In this document: positions 13,940 through 25,800 of the stretch, piece by piece
Layout of the letters: each line of letters starts with the position of its first letter
Position numbering within the stretch: position 1 is the first letter of the stretch
Assembly: GCF_009914755.1 (NCBI RefSeq)
Contig: NC_060939.1
Length of the DNA: 64,000 nt
Source: the human T2T-CHM13v2.0 reference genome, Homo sapiens
Strand: one strand, 5' to 3'
The notes under the pieces: model-generated
Seen by the model: the letters and a program-made list of their open reading frames with translations, nothing else
Told to the model about the DNA's origin: nothing
The model's database searches: none
Translations under genes and position numbers: made by a program

Positions 13940-14708
13940 TCTGTCTTACTCAGCTCAGGCTGTGATACAGTTTGGATGTTTGTCCCCTCCAAATCTCATG
14001 CTGAAATGTGATCCCCCATGTTGGAGGTGGGGCCTGGTGGGAGGTGTTTGGGTCACGGGGGTGGATCCCTCACGAATGGCTTGGTACCCTCCCAGTGGTA
14101 ATGAGTTCATGTGCGATCTGATTGTTAAAAAAGAGACTAGATCTCCCTCTCTCGTTTCCTTTCTCACCCTGTGACACACCTGCTCCCCCTCTACTTTCTG
14201 CCATGAGTAAAATTTTCCTGAGGCCTCACCAAAAGCTGAGCAGATGCTGCCATTCTTGTACAGCCTGCAGAACCATGAGCCAAATAAGCCTCTTTTCTTT
14301 ATAAATTGCCCAGTCTCAGGTATTCCTTTATAGCAATGCAAAACAAACTAACACAGGCTGCTATAATAAAATATCATAGACCAGGTGGTTTACACAACAG
14401 ATATTTATTTCTCATAGTTCCAGAGGCTGGGAAGTCTGAGACCAAGGTTCCAGTAGATTCAATTACTGGTGAGGGCTCTCTTCCTGGCTTGCAGATGGCC
14501 ACCTTCTCACTGTATCCTCATATGATAGAAAGAGAACTCTGGTCTCTCTTTCTCTTCTTATAAGGGCATTAATCTCATCATGGGGCCTCAACCCTCATGA
14601 TCTCATCTACATCTAGTCACATCCAAAGGTCCCATCTCCTAACACGATCAATTAGTGTTAGGACTTCGACATATGAATTTAGGGAGACACAAACATTCAG
14701 TCCATAAC
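13940..14708 (-). mobile_element. MaLR LTR, MLT1A-like, split by MSTB
   Basis: tgtcttactcagctcaggctg|ctataataaaatatcatagacc...cattcagtccataac. Confidence 0.8.
13963..14355 (+). mobile_element. MaLR LTR, MSTB-like
   Basis: tgatacagtttggatgtttgtcccctccaaatctcatg...actaacaca; perfect 5-bp TSD GGCTG. Confidence 0.85.
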
Positions 14709-15269
14709 CAAGTCTGAAACCTAATTGTCTCTTTCCCCTTGAGGAAGGAGCTTCTTTGCAGTGAAAAGGAGACTGGATTTCCTCCAAAGCTGACATGTAA
14801 CTTGCAGAAACTTCCCTCTGTAGAACAAATAAACGGGAACGCACATATATCACAAGTTAAATCTTCAGCCAGGTGAATTGCTACACGTGGTGGTAAGCTA
14901 TGGAGTGATAAGGCCCATGGACCTTGCTTTGCCCATTTTCTACACAGATGATTCTCTTCATACAATGTGGAGCGTATGTTGCAAAGACTTCCAAGAGAAG
15001 GAGAAGGCATGCAAATTCTACTCATGTTTTCATAGAAGTGGAATCTCAGTGTTGAAAGGGATTTTGATATCACGATCTAACCCCTACTCAAGGTTTTAAT
15101 CCCCTCTTGATCTCTGCCAGTGATTATTCAGCTTATTTTTAAATGCCCAGTGACAGTAAACTCACCCACTTCTTTCTAAGTTCTCACTTGCTTATTTGCT
15201 TACTCACGTCTGAAAACACACACATATACACACACATGCATTTTTGGAAAACTGGTAAGTACAGTGTAA

Positions 15270-15450
15270 GAGAAAGCTTTGTGTTGAATGGATCTAAAAT
15301 CCCAGCTCTGCCACTTTCTGTCCAGATTTTAAGGAAATGTTCTAACATTTTTTAGCTCTAATGTCATCGCCTGATAAAAAGAGAAAGAAGAATACATACT
15401 TCCTGGATTGTTTTGTGAATGTATTAGATAATGAAGTGCCCAGCATAGGT
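15270..15450 (+). mobile_element. MIR
   Basis: aatcccagctctgccactt...ggattgttttgtgaat...gtgcccagcatag. Confidence 0.55.
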
Positions 15451-16066
15451 GTTAGTTTCTCTCCCATTCCTTCATCGCCCTTCCCTTTTAGCTTTTTGTT
15501 CATTTCCTGCAATGTGGATATCTTGACTGATGATTTAGGTTAATGTCAAAATACTTTAGCCAATAGGCTATTGATGAAAACGTCACAAACAGCCATAAAA
15601 AAAGTTATTATGTTGACAAGGGAGACCCTTGCTTGGCAATTAGACTCATAAATCCAAGACAATAATTAACGTCCTCACTTGATTTCGAATTCTTCAAGGA
15701 CATGGATCTTGTCTTATATCCACCATAGAATCTACCATAGGTCTTTGTGCATAGTAGAAACTCAATAAATGCTTCAAAATTGAATTACGCTTCCTGCTAC
15801 AAATTTAATTTCAGGAATGTATATAGATCATGGCAAAAATACAAACAGTATTTGGATGTCTGTTATTTTTGGGTTATCAGTTCCTACATGAGGGTATAGA
15901 GGTTTGTTTCTGCATTCAAGCTAACAAAAAGAAAGTTTACGGTCTCCAAGACTGCTATAACCTTGAGGGCTATTGCATTAGCAACTAGTCAGTAAGTACG
16001 AATCAAACCTCTCCAAATGTGTGATTGGATTACATTTCTCCCTTTAGGAGACTAGAGCATTTGAAA

Positions 16067-16193
16067 TTTTTTCTTTTTTTTCAGTAGAGACGAGGTTTCA
16101 CTATGTTGGCCAAGCTGGTCTCAAACTCCTGACCTCAAGTGATCTGCCCACCTTGGCCCTCCAAAGTGCTGATGTGAGCTACCATGCCTAGCC
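16067..16193 (-). mobile_element. Alu left monomer
   Basis: Single arm; TSD gagactaga(gc/ct)atttgaaa. Confidence 0.85.
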
Positions 16194-17157
16194 AGAGACT
16201 AGACTATTTGAAAAGTAAATTCTCAGTTACCCTATAACCCTAATGCCTGGCACAGTGACGGGCAGACTTGCAACATTTCATGGGTGGATGCACTGAAAGA
16301 TTGATCTATGGGTTCCAGAGTTTCCACTTCATTTGAGTGTTATTTGCTAAAAAATACAATGAAAGTAGAATTTACGACTGAACTTAAAGATCTAGTGTAT
16401 GCATTACTTACTTTAATGTAATTTAAATATTCACATTATCACTTAAATTTTAATATTGCATTCTGTTTCACTGGATTATTACATAAGGTAATATCAAAAC
16501 ATAAACGGCTCCAAAATTATCAAGATAAGTCAGTCCCTGTGAATGAACTTGGTACAAATCGACATAGAATCATGAGCTTAACCTTGTAGAAATAACTCTT
16601 CCCAAGAGCTAGTTTGTAAACGAGTTGCTGTTACAAACTTAGGAATCAGCTAAATCAAATCAAGATTATTAAAATGTGACTTTAGAGAGTTATTAGAAAG
16701 AAAAAAATGTTAGTAGAAAGAGATGGCCAGCAAGCAGCAAACAGCCTTCTTCGGTACACTGTAATTATCTTAATATCTGTGCAACCCCCAGTCGCATCCC
16801 CATTAAACTACAAGCTCTAAGAGAGCAGGGACATTTCTTTTTTCTCTTTGGCACCCCCAGATCCTAGCATACCACCTGACATACCATGCTTGTTGGGGTT
16901 TCTGGAAGAGCCTAGATGTTCTCCTCTTATCCCTTCCAGATTCTAAACCAGTTGAGAATCAAAACATCAGCTTTCTTAATAATAGAGTGGAAGCAAAAAC
17001 AGTTTTTACTATTTCTTGCCTCAATGAGATCTTGAAGTAGGGAGAGTTTGGTCTCTAGGACAGATCCCACTCAGCTAGCTTGCTTTGCATGGAGAGGATG
17101 GTAAAGCTGGGAGTATAGAACAAATATTGTCACCTGCAGGGAATCAAGCCCTCTTGC

Positions 17158-17621
17158 TGTCAAGAATTGTGAAGGGTCTGAGACTGTAGCCTACTTGCAA
17201 GCTAACAAGGAGCTTGTAACTGTTTTTTGGATGCTGGCAAAATACATAAGACTCCTGAGTCAGAGACACATGAGTGTATTACTCACAGCAAATGCCGTAG
17301 CCAAACTATTAGTTTGATGGTCACACCAATTTCCCATTTTCTCTCACTAGGTCCCATAGGGAAAATATACGTGGTCCTAGATGAACCCTGAACATGCAGA
17401 GAGTTGTGTTACAAGAAAGTCTCTACTTGGGTGGTTCACTGCTTTTATAGCAGGTGGAGGCAAAGCCTGCTCTGTGTCCAGAGAGAGATGTTACCTTCTC
17501 TCTGAAGGTTGCTGCTGAAAATGCAGACTTGGGAAAGAGTACTCACAGTCTTACATTCGTGGCATACACAGAAGAACATGTAGAGATGCTCAGGGCCCAT
17601 AGTAGATTGCCCCTTCTAACA
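17158..17621 (-). mobile_element. ERVL LTR, LTR40-like
   Basis: tgtcaagaattgtgaagggtctgag...gctcagggcccatagtagattgcccttctaaca. Confidence 0.65.
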
Positions 17622-17937
17622 CCAATCAGATCAGGACCCCCTTCCCATGGGAGAGGAAGGAGAGGTTGAAGAGAATGGGGAGGAGTTACTCCAACACCTC
17701 TCTCCTGGAAAATAGAGCAGCAGTCCCCTTAAAGGGGAACTTCCCAGATATTTGCTCACTTAACCCTTGGGGTTTAACAAGCAGGTCAACTGGGCTATGG
17801 ATGCTTCTCTTTGGGAAGAGAACAGAAGTTTATGAGGGTAATCCTGCTGCCACATTTACTAGGATATGTCCAGATCCACTATTGTGCCTCGTATGGTCCT
17901 CTAGGGACGAGTTGTGGGCAGTCCTAATTTTGCCCAC

Positions 17938-18340
17938 TGTGATGGCTAGTTTTACGTGCCAACTTGGCTAGGCTATCATGTCCAGCTATTTGATGAAACA
18001 CTAATGTGAGTGTTGATGTGAAGGGATTTTGTAGATATGGTTAACATCTACGATCAGTTGACTTTAAGTAAAGGAGATTACCCTCGATAATACAGTTGGG
18101 TACATAGTTGGGAGATTACCCTCATCCAATCGGTTGAAAGGTCTTAAGAGTAAAACACGTTACCCTGAGGAAGAAAAAATTCTCCCTCAAGACTACAACA
18201 TTCACTGCTGCCTGAGACTTTCCAGCCAGCCAGCCTACCTTACAAGTTTCAGACTTACCAACCTCCACAACTCCATGAGCGAATTCCTTGAAATACAACC
18301 TACTGCTCTGTTTCTCTACAGAACCCAGACAGATAAACCC
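17938..18340 (+). mobile_element. MLT2D-like ERVL LTR
   Basis: tgtgatggctagttttacgtgccaacttggctaggcta...cagttgactttaagtaaaggagattaccctcgataat. Confidence 0.8.
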
Positions 18341-19066
18341 ATGTATCAGAAATAGGCCAGAACAAGATATTAAATAAATCAGCCGACAGCTCTACTGCGT
18401 TCTTGCTCACCACACAGCCTTGTAATGGCTTACTCAGGGTCTCAAGCCTCCGGATACCTGAGAAAAAACAGACATCAATAGTCCAGCCACTGGGAGATAA
18501 CAAATTGTCATCTTTGCTGTGCAATTCATATTTTCTGAACCAAAATACGAGAGCACACGGTCAAACGGATACGAATGTACTTTTGGGGAAAACAGAGGGA
18601 ATATTTGAAACCTGTTTGTTCCAAAAAGTCTGGGACATAGAGTCATTTTGTTTATATAGCATATGGGCTTGCTTCACCCTATTTCTCCCCACCAGCCAGA
18701 TACTCTAAATATACCCCACAATGTTCAATTTCTGGACACTGTAAGACCAAGGATCTCCCAATTACTCAACAAATCTCCACTGAGTACCTCAGAAAGCCCA
18801 GGCACCATCTCGGCATTTTGGATTAAAGGAAGAAGACGCCACTACTGCTCACTGAAGGTGCACAGCTTGATGGTGGGGGGCAGAGGGCAAGTGGAAGGAC
18901 AGTCACAGAACAGGAATACCCGTGTCCCAGTAAAGCCCAGTCCCTGGTACCCACACAAGTTTCTACCACCCCACCTCGGAGGCCACATGATAGGGGCCTT
19001 CCTTCTGTGCCATTTCATCCCTTCCTAAACTCAACAAAGGCTCTCTGTACTGTTCAGAGTAACTAA

Positions 19067-19557
<491 letters not shown>

Positions 19558-19789
19558 CATGCTTCTTCTGAGAAAGACTGGAGCTGACAAACATGAACTG
19601 CTGCATTCCTCTGTCCTGGATTTGCCTCCCACACTGCACTATTAGCTCTGGAATGCAGGAAGCTGCTTTCCCAGACCCTGATCCAGCTGAAGTGTTCAGT
19701 GCCCTTGTGTTGAGGGAAGGAGGAAAGAAGGCAGAGAAAGAGTGAAAGAGGCTTTACAATGAGAAACCCCAGTGGCAAAGTCAAGAGAG

Positions 19790-20010
19790 CATGAAGAAGA
19801 ATCCTGGGATTGAATACTGTCAGCTCTTAACTTTTAGTGTGACTTTGGGCAAGTGACTAAAATTTCTGATCATCAGTTTCCTCATCTGTAACAATGGGCT
19901 CATAATAGTTCCACTTCCTAGGGATAAAGTGAGACGATGTCTGTACAGCACTCAGTGGAGTATCTAGCAAACAATAACACTCTGTGTATGTTAATTTTTT
20001 AATTATAATC
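19790..20010 (+). mobile_element. MIR
   Basis: gtgactttgggcaagtgact...cagtttcctcatctgtaacaatggg. Confidence 0.8.
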
Positions 20011-21163
20011 ATTGTATCATCACTCTTGACCTGCAATTCCTTGCTCACAAAATGAGGAGTTCAACCAGGTAACTCCCAACTCCCTTCCAGTCCAACAGCT
20101 CTGTAACTTGCTAAGGCAGAAATAAACTCTTTTAACTTACATCAGCCCCACTTCACAAATGACAATGGACACTAGGAGAGTGGAGGTGCTGGAGCCCAAG
20201 TTTGAGTTCTGCCAGATCCAGCAACCAGTTTTGGATGATTGCTAAATCCAGTTGAAAGGCTTCCATCCCTAAATTGACTTGTGTCTTGCATCTTGTCGCA
20301 ACACTAAGCTAATATTAAATCTTTCATTCAGCACACATTGAATTGCTACTGATTGTCACATTGTGTCTCAGATTAGCTTTATTGCATTATATATTCAGCC
20401 ACGTACAGCTCGCTGAAACCAGCATCCAGAGTCACCTCTCAGCTCTCTGCAGGCTTTAGAATGTTTTTGGGATTGTGAATTTCTTATAGAATGGGACAAA
20501 ATTTTCATTGAACAACTGGCAACTTTCATTGGACAACTGACACTTCACAACTAAGGAAAAGAACCTCAAAAGCACTGTCTGCCAGGAATATAAATCACCA
20601 CTGATCAATTTCAATGACTTCCAGTGCATGAATCATTTTAGTAATAAAACTGTTTGGGAAAAGACTGAAGGATTGTGTCTCTTAATCTTACACACCCAGA
20701 ATCTGCTATTAAATATGTCCAGGGCAACACTGGGTTATGGATTCACTTGAAGAACCGTTTAATTCCTCAAAACGATCAGGACTCAAGTTGAATTTATAAA
20801 CGGAATTAAACAGAAGATTTGTTGCTCACTAGAGTAAGTCAGTAGAGCTGAGATATATGGGTGATTTTTCTCCCATTAACGTATCTCTCAATACTCAAAA
20901 AGTAATAACTTCTGAAGAATTGCACTTATCCAGGACAAACCGGATAGAGTAACTACAATTCTTCTTCCTTCAATATTCCACATGCTTCTCCTTCCCCAAT
21001 GAAAGCAATCTTCTTTTTCTAATAGAGTTTGCTTCCATTTCTGTCTACCCCTCCCTCAAAAAAGAAAATTACAAGATTAGCTAAAAATTAGATTGCAGTA
21101 TATTTCACAAGTTAGTACTTAACTGACCGCGTATTGATTCATGACGGTTAATATTGACTCCTA

Positions 21164-22168
21164 AGTACACTACGAGACCCTTAGCAGTAGAAACACCATC
21201 CGGAGTTTTCCCTGTGTTCTCCCACATATCCAGAACAGTGTTTCTCAATCAGGGCAACTTTGCCCTCGGGGGGACATTTGGCAATGTCCAGACACATTTT
21301 GATGGTCACGACTGGGTCATGGTAGATGTTACTGGAATCAAGTGGGAAGAGGTCAGGATGCTGTTAAATGTCTTACAATGCTTGGGACAGCCCCCACAAC
21401 ATAGGATTATCCTACCCAAATTGTCAATAGTGCTGAGGTGGAGAAATTCTGATCTGGAATCATTCTGGGCCCATAAAAAATGCTCAAAATGTTTGTTGAT
21501 GGAATACAACTGGCTCGTGTTCACAGGAAGACAAATGACAGCTCAAAGGGGTGTGGGGTAGTTAGGGGGTTCATGGAGGAGATGGGCTTAGTAGACACTT
21601 GTAAGTATGGGTAGAACTCGGATGGGCAGGGAGGAGGAGAACAGGAGACATTTCAGAAAGGGAAAAGCTACAGAAGTATGGCACTCACGAGAGGTCCGAG
21701 AAGACTGATCTCACTGGCAAAACCTAAAGAAATGCTTCAGACCAAGGAGATCTTAGTAGAACAGAACTCAGTATCAAATTTGACTGAATAATGTAGTTTG
21801 GTTTCAAAAACAACTGACTATATGTTTTGGGGAAGGGGAGTAGGAAAAAATTGTATTTAGCACCATTTATATTTATATAAATAGCACCACTGATTTATAT
21901 TAGCACCATTTTACAGATAAAGGAAATGAGACATGGAGACGTTAACCATAAACTTGGGGATATTTTTGCTTAATACTTTGGTAAATCTGCTTACTTATTA
22001 TACCTTTTGACATGGGCTGGGTGTTATTATAGACAATACCGCCAGTGCATGGTAGCCCATGGTGTTTACAGCATGGGCTCTGGTTGAGAAACACTGTTCT
22101 GGGTGTGTGGGAGAACTCAGGGAAAGCTTCTGATGGTGTTTCTGTCACTAAGCATCTCACAGTCTACT
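21164..22168. repeat. Inverted duplication, arms 21164-21255 and 22077-22168
   Basis: Ungapped 92-bp hand alignment, 17 mismatches (~82%). Confidence 0.9.
21237..21451 (+). mobile_element. MER20 hAT DNA transposon
   Basis: cagtgtttctcaatcagggcaactttgccctcggggggacatttggcaatgtc...gtgctgaggtggagaaattctg. Confidence 0.85.
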
Positions 22169-22439
22169 ATAGGCTCACACTGACTCCACCACTTATTAGT
22201 TCATGACCTTGGGCAAGGGGCTGGACTTGTGAATATTAAACTGGCTTGTAAGGGTAAAGCAGACAGGACAGGACGAGGCACACAGAATATGCTCAGTCAT
22301 GTTGGCTGTTTTTATTATCGTCATCCTTTTTAATGAAGGTTCCTTAGCCCTAGCCTACAGGTTTCTGCTGAATTCACCACCTGAATAAGCAGCATCAACT
22401 CATCTGGGGGTGGCAAAATGAAAGGGGAATTAGCATACG

Positions 22440-23063
22440 GCCCAGGGGAAAACTTTCCCTTTGCCCTCTAAAGGATTTCCTGAAAAATCCACTCACAAAA
22501 GGCAGATTTATTGAAAGGCATATAAAATTTATTTGATCACAGTTTTACAATGACATGGGAGCCTTCCCAATGAAGACCCAAAGATACAGGGGAAATTGTC
22601 TGTTTTTATGCTTAGGTTCAACAAAGGACGGACAGTGTGTAGAAATACGATGGGATAAAAAAGCTATGATCTAATGCTAAAGACTGCTTGGGGAAACCTA
22701 GCAAGGCCTGTCTGGATTCTTAGCCTCTCGGAGCACGCATTCCTTCCTTCTGGGTTTGGGGCAGGGCCTTCTCTGGAATTGCGGTCTTATGACCTACAGT
22801 CAAACAAGGTAGATCAGATAATTTCTTTGTGGCCAGTTTTTATGCAGAAAGGTGGGGAGAGGGGAAGCGGGGAGTTAGAGTAGTATTTTTAGGTCACAGG
22901 GCTGCCTTTGGGGAAAGGGGGTTCTGGTTTCTAGGACCTGCCTTGGGGAAGAAGCTAGTTTCTATATCTAGCCTTGGTGGAGAATGAGACTAAGAGACAG
23001 GAGAGCAGAAGATCAAAAAAAAACTTTTGCTTCTGAGCTCTTCATTGTGGGGTATCACCAACA
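22440..23063 (-). mobile_element. ERV1 solo LTR, MER39-like
   Basis: Collinear homology with 4952-5579 (gaagacccaaagat, atgcttaggttcaa, gtcttatgacctacag). Confidence 0.7.
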
Positions 23064-23276
23064 TTAGCAAGCCCCTTTCAGGACTTTCCCAACTCTTTTC
23101 AATAGCCTGTTTTCACAGATCTCTCAAAACTCAAGGATTTCAATGTCACTATTCAAGCTGAAAACATTTTCCCCTGCAACCTCCTTGTTAAATCTGTAGT
23201 TTGGACAAGGAAGCAATAAAGCAAGCATGTGCAGGCTGCTGCTTTGAGTAGCCAGCTGAGAAATGATTCCCACTAG

Positions 23277-23322
23277 GGTGGGTGTGGGTGTGTGTGAGTG
23301 TGTGTGTGTGTGTGTGTGTGCG
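23277..23322. repeat. (GT)n microsatellite
   Basis: gtgtgtgtgagtgtgtgtgtgtgtgtgtgtgtg. Confidence 0.9.
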
Positions 23323-23589
23323 TTGTAGGGAGAGAAAAAATGCAATGTACACAGCAGGATGACCCACAGATTCTGAGAACACAGTGTCAGTCTGCAGAAG
23401 GCAGGCACTTTTACACTTCTGAGCAATCAGCACCTTTATGTGCAATTTATTTCCAGTTTTAAAAAAAATGAGGTGGGTGGTTCCTCCGTCAAAGTTACCT
23501 CCCTGACTTTTAACGGCTCATTAAACGGGAAAGGATTGAGAGGATCCTTAATGGTGAATGGGGCTGGAGGCTCGGCCACTGAAAAGGAC

Positions 23590-23850
23590 TGGGTAGACTG
23601 AACCTAGAAAGGAGAAGCTAATAGGGCCCAGAGTGGCTGCCTTCAAATATCTGCAGGGCTGACAGTGTGGACAGGAATTAAATATGCTATGTGTAGGAGC
23701 AAGTTGCAGAGAGCAGGTTTCAGTGCAACATACCAAATGTTTTTCTGCTACTTAGAATAGTCTAAAAATATAATCCCCTGTCAAGGAGTAGTGAGTTTCC
23801 CATCATTAGAGTTATGCAAGCAGAGGCTGCATGACCATTTTGCAGGGATG
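23590..23850 (+). mobile_element. L3/CR1 LINE fragment
   Basis: ctagaaaggagaagct...gccttcaaatatctgcagggctg...gtgagtttcccatcattagag...aagcagaggctgcatgacca. Confidence 0.65.
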
Positions 23851-25429
23851 TAGTAATTATTTCAAACATTAAAGCCATTTCCAATTATATAGTTCCCAAA
23901 TTTAAAACTTCCATTGCGTATTTGGACATAAGGGGTAGATTCAGCTTATTTGCTTTGCCTTCTGCAGGCTTGACTCCATACCAGTGATAGAAAGAGTTTC
24001 CATCTCCAAGGTAAGCTCCTGTCGATTGTTACTGGATGACTGGACCACTATGTGGAGGTTTCCGAGGCTATGAAATGTGATCGATTAGTGATGCTAAGGA
24101 CAAAAGGAAAGAGCAAAGGAGGCCCACTTTTCATGTGTATTGTATATGCAGCAGCTATATATAGTTAAGGATAAGATTTTTAAAACATTTTAAATCTAAT
24201 TTCCCTTCTCGATAAGCAAAATTCTTTCCTTTCCACCATTACGGTTAGGGCATGAGACTTATTGCCTCAGGGAAGGGGCAGCTGGATCTCCCTAGAAAAA
24301 GGAGACTATGGGGTAAGGAAGAAAGATATAATGTAGGGCAATTTCCAGCAGACAGAAGGGTAAGTAGCAGCCCTTCTTCAGAGAAAGTGAAGAGGACCCA
24401 AGAGGGTGAAATGGGAAGAAGGAGCTTCCAGAGACCTCCCTGCCCTGCCTCCGAGCCTCACTCAGGGCAGGGAGTAAGGACAGATGGAAATCTGGGGTAG
24501 GATGAAGGGAAAGACGAACACCAAGGAGGATCCACAGTGCTTCTTGTTTGGCCATCTCATGCTGCCCTACGCCAACCACACAAGGCAGCCACAGCAGGTC
24601 AGAATGACAGGGTGGTGTGTGTGAGAGAAGAGGGCCACAGCAGGGGTCCAGAACATCTCTGTTCACAGGTGGTGTGGAAGTGTCTGGAGTTCTCAAATGC
24701 GCTAGTGAGGGATACAGAGTTGAGAGCAAGGGGCTGGGCTTGAGTGGCCATTGTGAGTCGCCAAGTGACACAGTTGATTGCCAGAGGTTCTATAAGGCCA
24801 TTGAGGTCAGAGATGGACATCACATCAACAAGGAAGCCACCAAGCCCGGAAGGTGCTAAAAGAGCACACCCAGGGGACCCCACCATGAATGTGTCAGTAG
24901 CAGGTGCACAAGGACAGAGGCCATGGCCAGAAAGAGTCCCGCTGGAGGTCAGAGGAAGCTGGGACACACAGCACTCTCACCAGGAACCTCTCCCTGAAGC
25001 AGAGAGGATGCAGAAGCTTCTCTTGTTTGAAGGCACTGAGGAATGTCAGAGGGAGGGGAGACCCTCTGAAATCACCCACAGGGAGTCTGAACTTCAAATT
25101 GACTAATTGCTACAAAGGCCATTTTAACCCAGAAAAGACTGAGTTGTTTTTAATTCACAAGTATAAGTCATAGTGTGTGGCATGATGGAAATGGAACTGA
25201 CCTTTCCAAATCTGAGTATGGCCACGGCAGCATCTCCACCGTCTCCCTCACACACACATGCTGTAAGTTCATGTGCAGTCAATCATGAGCGCCTGTCAAG
25301 GTGTAGCTAGAGCAGAAAGATCTGGAAGCCTTCTTGAAAGCAGAAGGAAAGAAGGAAGACGATCAGGTGTGCGAGAGCATTGGGGGTGTGGTAGGAAAGA
25401 AAAAGAGGGAGAAATCCACCTGAAGGATA

Positions 25430-25800
25430 GCAATAACTAACACTATCGAATGTTTCTCACATAGCAGGCACTTTGCATCCTCATAACTCCAAGTGTGGCC
25501 TGGAGACCAGCAGGCATCACCCAGAGCTTGTTAGAAATACAGAATGTCAGGTTACTCCCTAGACCTACTGACTAAGAACCTGCGTTTTAATGTGATCCCA
25601 GGTGACTTGTGTGCTTGTTAGAGTTTGAGAGGTGCTACATCACATGATTTAACGTAATTAGTTTAACTCAACAATTCTATCCATTCAAAATGATTTTCTC
25701 ATTTTGCAGATGAGGAAGCTGAGATCCAGCCAAGTTCACATATCTAGTAAGTGACAGAACCTAGATACCAACCCAAGCATCCTGACTCCAGAGCCTTCTT
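25430..25800 (-). mobile_element. MIR interrupted by MER5A (~25480-25640)
   Basis: cttgttagaaatacagaat...ctagacctactga (MER5A); cattttgcagatgaggaagctgag (MIR). Confidence 0.75.
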
